Positions 9,462 to 18,558 of a stretch of 29,754 bases of DNA are shown here, one piece after another (position 1 is the first letter of the stretch; each line of letters starts with the position of its first letter). The DNA lies in IMG/VR virus record IMGVR_UViG_3300020043_004397, positions 1-29,754 of that record, one strand, 5' to 3'. A program made the position numbers and the translations under genes. The notes under the pieces are model-generated. The model saw only the letters and a list, made by a program, of their open reading frames with translations. It made no database searches and was not told where the DNA came from. The DNA comes from a virus (taxonomy: Duplodnaviria; Caudoviricetes).

Positions 9462-10631
9462 ATGCTTAATGGTGTCGTGTCGCTTTATTCAAACAGTCCG
9501 AACCCAACTGGTTATGGGGAGCAGTCAAAAATACTTCTTGACTTGCTGAAGCGTGACGGTGCAGACGTCGCCATGCTTTCCAACTATGGTTTGGAAGGTA
9601 ACGTTTCAACTTACGAAACAGCACACGGTCCAATCCCTCACTATCCACGAGGCGTTGACGGTTATTCAAACGATGTGGCACCGTTGCACCACAGCCATTT
9701 CAAGAATCAACACCAAGGCAAACCTGACCTGCTCATCACTTTGTATGACGTGTGGGTTTTGCAGGGCAAAGGTTGGGAAGAGCAGAACGTCGCATCGTGG
9801 GTTCCTTTGGACCATGTGACTATGCCACCAAAGGTTCAGGAGTGGTTGCGACGCGATAACGTGACCCCGATTGCTATGGCACCTCATGGTGTTCGTCAAA
9901 TGGAGTCGGTTGGTATTGAGTGCGAGTATGTGCCTCATTCAATCAATACTGAAGTGTTCAAACCAACGGACCAGTTCAAGGGTCAGCACGTTCGTGACTT
10001 TATGAAGACTGGTGACAAGTTTGTGGTTGGTATGGTTGCTGCGAATAAAGCGTCTGGGTTGATTCACCGTAAGTGTTTCTCGGAGAACCTGCTGGCGTTT
10101 TCAATGTTCTATTCGAAGCACCCTGACGCTGTGTTGTATTTGCACACCGACCCTTTGGGAACTGCTGGTGGTTGGAATTTGCTGAACGTTCTGAAAGCGT
10201 TTGGTATCCCTAAAGAGGCTGTCATCTTTCCAAACTTTGTGGACTTCAAATACGGCATTAACCAGACTGAGTTAGCTGCGCTTTACACAGGCATGGACGT
10301 GTTGTTGGCTCCGTCTTATGGGGAGGGTTTTGGTGTTCCAACACTTGAGGCAGCAGCGTGTGGTGTGCGTGTGATTGGTTCGGGTTGGGCTGCGACTCCT
10401 GATTTGATTTCAGAGGACGGTTGGTTGGTTGAGGGTCAACCGATGTGGGACGCTGGGCAGGATGCGATTTGGCAAGTGCCGTTAGTGCCGTCGATTGTTG
10501 GTGCGCTGGAAGAGGCTTATAACGCTCCGCGTGGAACGAGCAAGGCGCAGGTTGAGTTTGCTCAGGGGTTTGCTGTGGAGAAGGTTTGGCAGGACCGTTG
10601 GTTGCCTACCCTCAACCGTCTGCTGGTCTAG
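9462..10631 (+). CDS. GT-B (family 4-like) glycosyltransferase
   Basis: N-terminal PTGYG; LYTGMDVLLAPSYGEGFGVPTLEAAACG (E-x7-E motif). Confidence 0.9.
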   Translation: MLNGVVSLYSNSPNPTGYGEQSKILLDLLKRDGADVAMLSNYGLEGNVSTYETAHGPIPHYPRGVDGYSNDVAPLHHSHFKNQHQGKPDLLITLYDVWVLQGKGWEEQNVASWVPLDHVTMPPKVQEWLRRDNVTPIAMAPHGVRQMESVGIECEYVPHSINTEVFKPTDQFKGQHVRDFMKTGDKFVVGMVAANKASGLIHRKCFSENLLAFSMFYSKHPDAVLYLHTDPLGTAGGWNLLNVLKAFGIPKEAVIFPNFVDFKYGINQTELAALYTGMDVLLAPSYGEGFGVPTLEAAACGVRVIGSGWAATPDLISEDGWLVEGQPMWDAGQDAIWQVPLVPSIVGALEEAYNAPRGTSKAQVEFAQGFAVEKVWQDRWLPTLNRLLV

Positions 10632-10966
10632 ATTGTTGGCTGGCTGCCACGGTCTGCAATTGATGCGCTGAAGACCATGCGTAGGAATTCGTGCTGAAGG
10701 CTGAAGTAATAATTGGTGCTGCGGTTGGCATTGTAGGTTGCCATTTCATAACCGTAGTTCAGCGCACCGATTCTGATTTCAGGGTCGTTGCTGAATGCTT
10801 CGTTGAGTTCAAGAAATAGTGCTGCGGCTTCTGCGAGTGCTTCGTCGCTTCCGTGGCGTGAGACAAATGCACAGACTGAGAGTGAGGCTTTGCGAACTTT
10901 GCTGGTGGCGTTCCAAAGCGCGTCGGCTTCGTGGGTGGTTAGTTCGAGTCTGGTTAGAGTTTCCAT
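10628..10966 (-). CDS. Moron-like hypothetical protein, antisense to structural operon
   Basis: GACCAAGGAG RBS and own promoter; helical 112-aa ORF. Confidence 0.75.
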   Translation of the reverse strand: METLTRLELTTHEADALWNATSKVRKASLSVCAFVSRHGSDEALAEAAALFLELNEAFSNDPEIRIGALNYGYEMATYNANRSTNYYFSLQHEFLRMVFSASIADRGSQPTI

Positions 10967-11001
10967 TTTTTGCTCCTTGGTCGTTTACTTCTTGTGGTTC
11001 G

Positions 11002-11032
11002 AGTATAGCAATTTTTTACAAGAAGATGTCAA
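11002..11032 (-). promoter_or_regulatory. Sigma70/SigA-type promoter of reverse moron
   Basis: Minus strand TTGACA-19 nt-TATACT with TG extension; spacer TCTTCTTGTAAAAA identical to that at 22273. Confidence 0.75.
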
Positions 11033-11090
11033 ATAAATAAACAATCTTTTTTTGAGATTAGAATTGACCCATAAGACTTAGGAGTATCCA

Positions 11091-11690
11091 TTGGCAATCA
11101 CTAACGGCTACTGCACGCTTGCAGAAGTAAAAGCCGCACTCCGCATCGGGGACAGCGTCGACGACTCTCTGCTAGAAAAAGCAGTCGAATCAGCATCTCG
11201 CGTCATCGACGGTTACGCTGGACGTGTTTTCTATAACGCAGGAAGCGCGGTCAGGAACTATGCCGCTCAGGACAACTACGTCACCATTGTTGACGATTTG
11301 CAGTCCGTAACCAAAATCGAAACCGCGTCAGAAGCAGGTGGAACCTACACCGAACTCACCAGCGGCAACTACCAACTGGAACCACTCAACGGCTTCGCAG
11401 ACGGCATCACGCAACCCTACACAGCTATTCGCGCTCTAGGACGTTACTTCTTCCCAGCGTTCGGTGGCGATGCCTTGGTGCGCGTCACAGCGGTTTGGGG
11501 TTGGGCAACTGTTCCAATCGCAATCAACCAAGCGTGCATCATTCAAGCCAGCCGAATCTTCAAACGCAACGACTCACCACTCGGTGTTCTAACCTCACCA
11601 GATTTGGGTTTCATCCGTGTCGGCTCACGCCTCGACCCAGACGTTGCACAACTCGTTGACCCTTATCGCACCATGCGGACGTTCGCATAA
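11091..11690 (+). CDS. Head-to-tail adaptor (gp6/gp15-like)
   Basis: YCTLAEVKAAL..DDSLLEKAVESASRVIDGY; WGWATVPIAINQAC; TTG start with AGGAG RBS. Confidence 0.85.
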   Translation: MAITNGYCTLAEVKAALRIGDSVDDSLLEKAVESASRVIDGYAGRVFYNAGSAVRNYAAQDNYVTIVDDLQSVTKIETASEAGGTYTELTSGNYQLEPLNGFADGITQPYTAIRALGRYFFPAFGGDALVRVTAVWGWATVPIAINQACIIQASRIFKRNDSPLGVLTSPDLGFIRVGSRLDPDVAQLVDPYRTMRTFA

Positions 11691-12097
11691 TGGCTTCCCT
11701 AACAACGCTCCGCGACAAGATAGCTGCAAACCTACAAACCATCACAGGTCTACGCACAGGTGGTTTCATACCTGCTCAAGTAAATCCACCGTTCGCAATC
11801 GTCGCACCAGACAGCATCGACTACCACCGTGCTTTCGCCAACGGACTATCAACCTACAACTTTGTCATCACACTCATTGTGGGCATGGCATCTGAACGAA
11901 GCGCACAATCAACACTTGACGCATACTGCTCACCAACAGGAGCGTCGAGTATTAAGGGTGCGTTAGAATCAAATAAGACACTCGACGGTCAAGCCTTTGA
12001 CCTGAACGTGACTGGAATGCGTAATTACGGTTCAACCGTGATTGGCGAGACAACATACCTTGCCGCCGAGTTTGACTTGACGGTCCAGGCTAACTAA
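11690..12097 (+). CDS. Tail terminator/completion protein
   Basis: Size and position before major tail; NPPFAIV, AQSTLDAY, SIKGALE. Confidence 0.7.
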   Translation: MASLTTLRDKIAANLQTITGLRTGGFIPAQVNPPFAIVAPDSIDYHRAFANGLSTYNFVITLIVGMASERSAQSTLDAYCSPTGASSIKGALESNKTLDGQAFDLNVTGMRNYGSTVIGETTYLAAEFDLTVQAN

Positions 12098-12111
12098 CAG
12101 GAGAAAATCAC

Positions 12112-12522
12112 ATGGCAAAATACGTGATGACCAACACCAAGGTCACCATTAATGGCACGGATTTCAGTTCGGCACTTAACTCTGTTGAGTTGGCTTTGTC
12201 GGCTGATGAGGTGGACACCACTAACTTTGGTGGTTCAGGTTGGAAGGGCAACGCTGCAGGTCTAAAGTCTGCATCGGTTACTTTGAACTGGATGCAGGAC
12301 TTCGGTGCTGGTTCGGTCAATGCAGTTCTTCAGCCGCTATTCGGAAGCAACGCAACCGTTGTTTGTATTCCAACCAGCACAGCAGTTTCAGCCACCAACC
12401 CATCATGGTCTGGTGAATTCGTCGTTTCACAATACTCACCTATCGCTGGTGCCGTTGGCGACCTTGCAGTCTTCTCGACTACTTGGAACTCAAACGGCGT
12501 CATCACCTACGCAACCGCTTAA
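12112..12522 (+). CDS. Major tail tube protein
   Basis: VTINGTDFS..ADEVDTTNFG..GLKSASVTL..GAVGDLA; AGGAG RBS. Confidence 0.85.
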   Translation: MAKYVMTNTKVTINGTDFSSALNSVELALSADEVDTTNFGGSGWKGNAAGLKSASVTLNWMQDFGAGSVNAVLQPLFGSNATVVCIPTSTAVSATNPSWSGEFVVSQYSPIAGAVGDLAVFSTTWNSNGVITYATA

Positions 12523-12531
12523 GGATAAAAA

Positions 12532-12780
12532 ATGAAAATCACTCTACGCATCCTCTTTGTAACTGGAGAAACCAAGGACGTCTCAGCTGGTCCTGCAGAC
12601 CTTGTTGCTTTCGAGGATAAGTTCAATTTGTCTGTGGCTAACCTAGAAGCAGAAATGCGTGTGACGCATCTGCTTTGGTTGGCTTGGAAATCTGAAAGCC
12701 GTCAGAAGACAACTGTTTTGGATTTTGATGCTTGGCTAGAAACAGTCGACAGCATTAACCCAGTAGCCTCAAAAAAATAA
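12532..12780 (+). CDS. Tail assembly chaperone (gpG-like)
   Basis: Follows major tail gene; ends TCA AAA AAA TAA slippery site. Confidence 0.8.
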   Translation: MKITLRILFVTGETKDVSAGPADLVAFEDKFNLSVANLEAEMRVTHLLWLAWKSESRQKTTVLDFDAWLETVDSINPVASKK

Positions 12781-12938
12781 CTGGGCTGGGCGACCAATCG
12801 CTCACTTGGTATTTGGTCAGTCTGGCTTACGAGTATCACATTGCTCCGAGCGTCCTTGCACAGGAGGACGAGCGGATGTTGTGGACTATGGGACGTTACC
12901 TTGTGTGGCGTAACCAAGAGCAAAAAAAGAAGAGATGA
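12532..12938 (+). CDS. Frameshifted tail assembly chaperone (gpGT-like), -1 shift at 12771-12777
   Basis: -1 frame open from the A7 run: ITGLGDQSLTWYLVSLAYEYHIAPSVLAQEDERMLWTMGRYLVWRNQEQKKKR, TGA 12936-12938. Confidence 0.8.
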
Positions 12939-12978
12939 GAGAACCCCTTCCACCGTTTGGTGAGAGGGGTTTTCTTTT
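12939..12978. terminator. Probable bidirectional terminator between chaperone and convergent moron operon
   Basis: GAGAACCCCT...AGGGGTTTTC hairpin with T tract downstream, purine/A-rich upstream. Confidence 0.65.
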
Positions 12979-13547
12979 TACAGGTTCTCGAACCCTGCGA
13001 TTTTGAAGTTTGGGTGTTGTAGGACTGCTCCTGCTGCTACGTCGACCATGCGTTGCACTTCTTCAATTGTGAAGTTTGAGTTCTTGATTAGGTTTTCGAA
13101 TTCGTCGACGTTGGTGATGGCGTTGTATGCGAGGCGCACAACAAGGCTCTGCCAGTATGGGTTGGCGTGAGGGATTTGGTTGTCGATGATTGTGTTGATG
13201 GTTTCTGTTTGCATGGTGATTGTGTGGTCTGGGTTGATGTAGTCGTTTGCTTGTTCGACTGCCATTGCCCAGTCTGCGTCTTCGAAATCGCCTTCGGGCG
13301 TGTAGTCGATGAAGTTCCAGTATGCCCAAGGTCGTGAGTAGAATCTGCTGGTTTCGATTTCGTTGTCTGCTTTATTCCAGATGACTAGGTGTGCGACGAC
13401 GACGCCGTGTTCGTCTTTGTATGGGGTGACTGGTTGGTAAAGGGTCCAACCGTCTTGTGTCATGCTTTGGCTTGGTTGGTTGATGAAGTCTTCATAGTAT
13501 TCGAACTCGTATGCTGCTGCGGTTAGTTCGTCGTATCGAGTGGTCAT
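12978..13547 (-). CDS. Acidic hypothetical protein (reverse moron operon, gene 3)
   Basis: 189-aa ORF, AAGGACC RBS motif; D/E greatly exceed K/R. Confidence 0.8.
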   Translation of the reverse strand: MTTRYDELTAAAYEFEYYEDFINQPSQSMTQDGWTLYQPVTPYKDEHGVVVAHLVIWNKADNEIETSRFYSRPWAYWNFIDYTPEGDFEDADWAMAVEQANDYINPDHTITMQTETINTIIDNQIPHANPYWQSLVVRLAYNAITNVDEFENLIKNSNFTIEEVQRMVDVAAGAVLQHPNFKIAGFENL

Positions 13548-13569
13548 TTTTTTGGTCCTTGTCTTTGGG

Positions 13570-13776
13570 TTAGTTGTTCTTGATGATTTCTTTGATGAAT
13601 GGGAAAGCGTTCAGGGCTTCTGCGATAGTGTCACCGTAATTGCGAACTCCGTTAATCTCGATGTAGGTTTCATCTTGGTTATCGATTACGAAACCGATTA
13701 TCTCTCCATCTTGTGAGATAAAAAAGTCCCAGTATGATTTTTCTGATGCGGTGATTAAATCGTATGTCTTTAGCAT
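13570..13776 (-). CDS. Small acidic hypothetical protein (reverse moron operon, gene 2)
   Basis: 68-aa ORF with GAAAAGGACCCCAAAATG start. Confidence 0.75.
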   Translation of the reverse strand: MLKTYDLITASEKSYWDFFISQDGEIIGFVIDNQDETYIEINGVRNYGDTIAEALNAFPFIKEIIKNN

Positions 13777-13802
13777 TTTGGGGTCCTTTTCTTTGGGTCG
13801 GT

Positions 13803-13952
13803 TTACTTGGTGATGTTTAGTTCTTTAGCGATTGCAGCCATCTGACCGTAGGCTTCACGCCATGTTGCTAGGTCGCCTTCTGCGTAGGCTTCGTGTGCTG
13901 CGATTGAAAGTAGTTCATACTGCTTCTCTAGTCCTGCGATTACCTTGTTCAT
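13803..13952 (-). CDS. Small helical hypothetical protein (reverse moron operon, gene 1; 49 aa, not in ORF track)
   Basis: MNKVIAGLEKQYELLSIAAHEAYAEGDLATWREAYGQMAAIAKELNITK; same GAAAAGGACCCCAAAATG start. Confidence 0.75.
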   Translation of the reverse strand: MNKVIAGLEKQYELLSIAAHEAYAEGDLATWREAYGQMAAIAKELNITK

Positions 13953-13994
13953 TTTGGGGTCCTTTTCTTTTTGGTCGTGTGTTGCCTTGGGTCA

Positions 13995-14038
13995 AGTATA
14001 CATTTTTTTACAGCCAATCAAGCACATTCGTAAAAAAA
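13995..14038 (-). promoter_or_regulatory. Promoter of reverse moron operon with inverted repeat
   Basis: Minus strand GTAAAAAAATG-TATACT; TTTTTTTAC-18 nt-GTAAAAAAA inverted repeat. Confidence 0.6.
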
Positions 14039-14085
14039 GTTCAGATTCTTTTTGGCAGATAGAATTGAGAGGTTAGGAGGCACCC

Positions 14086-14754
14086 ATGGCAGAACCGCTA
14101 ATCACCATCCCAAAATACACTGGCAGCCTTAGCGCGCCTGGTCTGGGACCACGTGACATCTCCGTCAGGGACGTGCGCCAACTTCAAAAACGCTTGAAAG
14201 AAATCGAACCACGCCTCCGCACCCAATTTATGCGCGACGTCAAATCGCTCGGTAAACCAATCGAACGTCAAATCAAAGCTGGCATTACTCAAATCACACC
14301 ACCGTCTGGAATGTTGAAAAGCAACGGACGATTGGGGTGGGGCAATATGCGACCAGCAAACCACACCCAGTTGCAGTTCCGAACACGTATGTCAGGTCGC
14401 TCCCTAACAACCTCTCTGCTTCGTGTGCGCGTAACCAACCCTGCAACAACCATGGCTGACATGGCTGGTCGCTCAAGACGCTGGGTTGGTAAAGGCACCA
14501 ACGGAACAGGTCGCACACGCGAGTTTTCCAGACCGTCTGCTGGTCGTTCTATTGGAACGATGATGGACCGCAAGGTGAGCAGGTCTGCTGGTATGAAGTT
14601 CATTTCACGTTTGAACCGTATGCAGGGCATTGGTAAGAACCGTGCGTCGCGTTTCATTTATCCATCTGCTGAGAAATCTATCCCAGCAGTTTCTACAGCG
14701 GTCGAACAAGTTCTTCGTAACGCTTACGCTTTCATTAACAGACAGGGATTGTAA
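14086..14754 (+). CDS. Basic neck/tail-completion protein (HK97 gp10-like, tentative)
   Basis: R/K-rich; VRQLQKRLKEIEPRL N-terminal helix and RFIYPSAE C-terminal motif; coupled to tape measure. Confidence 0.55.
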   Translation: MAEPLITIPKYTGSLSAPGLGPRDISVRDVRQLQKRLKEIEPRLRTQFMRDVKSLGKPIERQIKAGITQITPPSGMLKSNGRLGWGNMRPANHTQLQFRTRMSGRSLTTSLLRVRVTNPATTMADMAGRSRRWVGKGTNGTGRTREFSRPSAGRSIGTMMDRKVSRSAGMKFISRLNRMQGIGKNRASRFIYPSAEKSIPAVSTAVEQVLRNAYAFINRQGL

Positions 14755-16646
14755 TGGCTTCTGGCATTGCCGTTGTTCTAAAATCCGTTTTTGACAACAA
14801 GGGAATTAAACAAGCACAAGGTGCGATGAGTGGTCTTGGCGACTCGATGAAGAAACTCGTCTCGGTTGCTGCTGTTGCGACTTCGTTTGCTGCGATTGCC
14901 AAAGTCACAACTGACGCTGCTCAAGCCGCAACTGAGGATGCTAAAAGCCAAGCGTTGCTTGCCAACGCTATGCGCAACAGTGCTGGTGCTACACAGGAAC
15001 AGATTGACCAGACCGAGTTGGCGATTGATGCCTTAGCTCGAATGTCTGCAGTTGCTGACGACCAAATCCGTCCAGCGATGTCTTCCCTTATTGGTGTGAC
15101 TCACGATGTTGCTTCTGCACAATCGTTGACTGCTTTGGCTTTGGACTTGGCTGCTAAGAAGGGCATACCTGTTACGGATGCTGCTGACAAGATTGCGAAA
15201 GCATACTCTGGTCAGACTGGTGCGTTGACTAGGTTGATGCCTGAACTAAAAGGTTCAACTGACCTTTGGGGTGACCTTTCTGAAGCGGTTAAGGGTTCGG
15301 CTGAAACTGCTGCACAGGCTGACCCATTTGCGCGTATGACTCAAACTATGGGTGAGTTGCAGGAGATGTTTGGTTACGCTGTCCTGCCGTTGTTTGATGC
15401 GTTGTCTACTTGGGTGAATGAAAACCAAGGAACCATTGGTGGCATCTTCACTATTTTGGGTGAGGCGATTGCTTCTATTCTTCCTTTGCTCACACCGTTG
15501 TTGAGTCTGTTCATGATGTTGCTGGAACCAATAGCCACTCTGGTTGGGCAACTGATGCCACCATTGGTTCAGATTTTTGGCATTTTGATGTCTGTCCTCA
15601 CACCTATTATTGCTGTGATTATTAATTTGGTGACGGCTATTGTCCAAGCGTTCATGCCAACGATTGACCCAATGATTAAAGTGTTGGGTATTTTGGCAGA
15701 CATCATTATTAAATACATCGTGCCTTGGATTGGGTTCTTGGCAAATGTAATTATTGCTTTGATTGAACCTATGTCGCAATTGGCTGACATGATTTGGAAT
15801 GGTCTAGCAGCGGCTTTGGAACAGTTGATGAACTTCCTCGGTCCTGTTTTTGATGCGCTGAAACCTGTGCTTGAAGCAATCATGGCAATCATGGGAATCA
15901 AACCAATTGACCTGACAGTCTCTTCTAGTGTTGACACCACAGGTATTGAAGATTTCCAAATGCCTGTCTTTGACCCTAACGCGTTTGTTATCCCTGCACC
16001 TATCACTCCTGTTGCACCAACTAACCAGCAGGTTCAGGACACGATGACTGAGGCTGAAAAGAAACGCCAAGGTCAAATCAAGTCGGTGGCTGACAAGATT
16101 GCTGATGCTTGGCAGAAGGCTAAGGACCGTGTGAAGAAAGCGAAGGCTGCTTTCCGTGACACTGTTTCTATTGAGGATGCTGTTACCGAAACTGACAGTG
16201 GTTCGTTCCGTGCGCGTTCAGCACCTATGCTTCGCAAGATGCGCAAACTGATTGAGGGTGCTAAGAACTTTGCTAAGAACATTACTGAGTTGAAGAAGAA
16301 GGGTGCAGATAATGCGCTTATTCAGCAACTTGTTGACATGGGGCCTGGTGCTGGTGCTGCTGCTGCTGCTGAGTTGTTGAGTTCGGGTAATTTGAATGAA
16401 TACATGAATTTGCGCACACAGTTGGCAACGATTGGTTCACAGGTTGGTGAGGCGGCTAACGTTGCTATTACTGGTTTGTCTTCTTCTGGTTGGGCTTCTG
16501 CTAATACTGCTGCTCAAAGTATGGTGAATAGCAATAACAATACTTACAACATCAACTTGAATAAAGCCAACTTGACCCCTAATGACATCATTGGTTACAT
16601 CCGTAATTATGAAAAGACAACTGGTAAAAAGGTTTTGGTGGCTTAA
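14754..16646 (+). CDS. Tape measure protein
   Basis: 630 aa, Ala-rich helical with hydrophobic Pro-spaced repeats; C-terminal NNTYNINL. Confidence 0.88.
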   Translation: MASGIAVVLKSVFDNKGIKQAQGAMSGLGDSMKKLVSVAAVATSFAAIAKVTTDAAQAATEDAKSQALLANAMRNSAGATQEQIDQTELAIDALARMSAVADDQIRPAMSSLIGVTHDVASAQSLTALALDLAAKKGIPVTDAADKIAKAYSGQTGALTRLMPELKGSTDLWGDLSEAVKGSAETAAQADPFARMTQTMGELQEMFGYAVLPLFDALSTWVNENQGTIGGIFTILGEAIASILPLLTPLLSLFMMLLEPIATLVGQLMPPLVQIFGILMSVLTPIIAVIINLVTAIVQAFMPTIDPMIKVLGILADIIIKYIVPWIGFLANVIIALIEPMSQLADMIWNGLAAALEQLMNFLGPVFDALKPVLEAIMAIMGIKPIDLTVSSSVDTTGIEDFQMPVFDPNAFVIPAPITPVAPTNQQVQDTMTEAEKKRQGQIKSVADKIADAWQKAKDRVKKAKAAFRDTVSIEDAVTETDSGSFRARSAPMLRKMRKLIEGAKNFAKNITELKKKGADNALIQQLVDMGPGAGAAAAAELLSSGNLNEYMNLRTQLATIGSQVGEAANVAITGLSSSGWASANTAAQSMVNSNNNTYNINLNKANLTPNDIIGYIRNYEKTTGKKVLVA

Positions 16647-17833
16647 TGGTTGCCAATGCGTATAACCCTTCTGCTTATGTGAAGGTGTATTTTGAAACTT
16701 GGGGTTCGGGCAAGTTTCTTTTAGGAACATCTGTTCTTGATGGCACTGATCCGTTGTCACCGGCAGTTGGAACTTCTAGCACTGAGATTTCTGCACAAGT
16801 CAATTCGATTGATTTCCACCGTGGTATGTCTACTGATGGCGCTTTGCGTCAATTGGATGCTGGGACTTGTTCTATCAGTTTGACTACTAAAACTTTTAAC
16901 CCTTGGATTGATAACAACATTCGTGTTGGTATGCGTGTATGGGTTTATGGCAATACTTCTGCTGCAATTTTTGTTGGCAAGATTAGTTCATTGGGTATGA
17001 GTTATGACCCTAGTGGTTGGTTGAATGTGTCATTGAGTTTGGTTGATGGTATTGATGAATTTGCTAGTTCACGAATTACGGATTACACAACTGTTGGCAC
17101 TTACGATAATGCTCGCACTGTTCTGGATGCGTTGATGACTGCTTCTGGTTTTGCACTTACAGCAACAAGTAGTTCATCTGGTATTGCCAAAATTGGAACT
17201 TATGATTTGGCTGCTTCTGGTGCTGATGTGCAAATTGGTGACATTGTTAATGATGTTCAACTTGCTGAACTTGGTTGGTTTTATGGTGCTATTGATGACT
17301 ATTATCAATTGGCTTTCCGTAAGCGAACTTATAATGAAATTAATCCAGGCGTTGGTCTTTGGTATGGAACAAGCAGACCTGGTGGTGGTGCTTTTGCCAA
17401 AATTGAAAGCTTTGAAGTTGACCTTTCAACAACAAACATTGCTAACTCATACAAGTTAACAAGTTCTTGGGATACTGGTTTTCCTGAAATTATTTATAAG
17501 GATCAGGATTCAATTGATTTGTATGGTGAGGTTGCTCAAGACTTTGCGCCTTATTTGTATGTTGGTTTAACTGACGGTAGTGAATTGACTGCTTGGGCTG
17601 AGAATTTTCCTGCAACTAATTTGAGTCGGCGAGTATCTTCAATCACTATCAATGCTTTTGATGAAACAGGTGCTTTGCGTGCTGAGGCGTATGCTGAAAA
17701 GGTTGGTAGCACAGCCAATATTTACATTGAAACCAATGGCTATATTATTAGTGATAGTTATTTGATTCTTAGTGTCAACCACAGTATTACCCCTAATGAC
17801 TGGAAAATAACTTATGAACTATGGAAGAAGTAA
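16646..17833 (+). CDS. Minor tail / baseplate hub protein
   Basis: Follows TMP; DAGTCSISL, FVGKI, DQDSIDLYG, HSITPNDWKITY. Confidence 0.75.
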   Translation: MVANAYNPSAYVKVYFETWGSGKFLLGTSVLDGTDPLSPAVGTSSTEISAQVNSIDFHRGMSTDGALRQLDAGTCSISLTTKTFNPWIDNNIRVGMRVWVYGNTSAAIFVGKISSLGMSYDPSGWLNVSLSLVDGIDEFASSRITDYTTVGTYDNARTVLDALMTASGFALTATSSSSGIAKIGTYDLAASGADVQIGDIVNDVQLAELGWFYGAIDDYYQLAFRKRTYNEINPGVGLWYGTSRPGGGAFAKIESFEVDLSTTNIANSYKLTSSWDTGFPEIIYKDQDSIDLYGEVAQDFAPYLYVGLTDGSELTAWAENFPATNLSRRVSSITINAFDETGALRAEAYAEKVGSTANIYIETNGYIISDSYLILSVNHSITPNDWKITYELWKK

Positions 17834-17836
17834 TTA

Positions 17837-18433
17837 ATGGCGTATAGAAGATTTGTGAATGGTGAAATTCTTTCAGCCTCACAACTAAACACTTATTTGT
17901 TGGATCAGGTTATTTCAACTTATGCTGATGCAACGGCTCGCAATACTGCTATTGGTGCTAATGCTCAGTATGGTCAGGTAACTTATTTGTCTACACCAGG
18001 CACGTTTGAAATTTATGATGGTGTTGCCTTGGCTTGGATTCCATTGTTAACGCAACGCGCTTGGACTTCTTACACACCAACGACTACTAACATCACTATT
18101 GGTAACGGCACTTGGTCATCAAGTTATGCCATGGTTGGTAAGACCGTTCACCTTAAAGTCCGTTTCACTTTGGGTTCTACTTCTGCAATTACTGGTGCTG
18201 CTACTTTTAGCTTGCCTGTGACTGCGACTGGTTTTGGTTATGGAACTGCCAACTTGAACACTGGTTCAAACTATCTTGGAGTTGCAGCTATTTCTGGAAC
18301 TACAAACGTTGTGACTAACGTTGTGAACGCTGCTGGAACGTATGCAGTGCAAGCTTCTACTTCTGCAACTGTTCCTGCAACTTGGGCAACAGGCCACGTT
18401 ATTTCACTATCAATCACTTATGAGGCAGCCTAA
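17837..18433 (+). CDS. Tail fibre / receptor-binding protein
   Basis: FVNGEILSASQLNTYL anchor, WTSYTPT, Y-x2-VGKTV head domain, ISLSITYEAA end. Confidence 0.75.
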   Translation: MAYRRFVNGEILSASQLNTYLLDQVISTYADATARNTAIGANAQYGQVTYLSTPGTFEIYDGVALAWIPLLTQRAWTSYTPTTTNITIGNGTWSSSYAMVGKTVHLKVRFTLGSTSAITGAATFSLPVTATGFGYGTANLNTGSNYLGVAAISGTTNVVTNVVNAAGTYAVQASTSATVPATWATGHVISLSITYEAA

Positions 18434-18558
18434 TGATTACAACTTTTAACTGTTCAACCGCTGATTGCCCTAATGCTGGTATTGATTACAACTTTGAAGA
18501 AGTAGTCGGCACAGTTGAATGTGGTGGTTGTGGCGCGAAACTTGAACCAGTCGCTTAA
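18433..18558 (+). CDS. Small zinc-binding protein, possible fibre chaperone (41 aa, not in ORF track)
   Basis: MITTFNCSTADCPNAGIDYNFEEVVGTVECGGCGAKLEPVA; TAATG coupling on both sides. Confidence 0.7.
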   Translation: MITTFNCSTADCPNAGIDYNFEEVVGTVECGGCGAKLEPVA

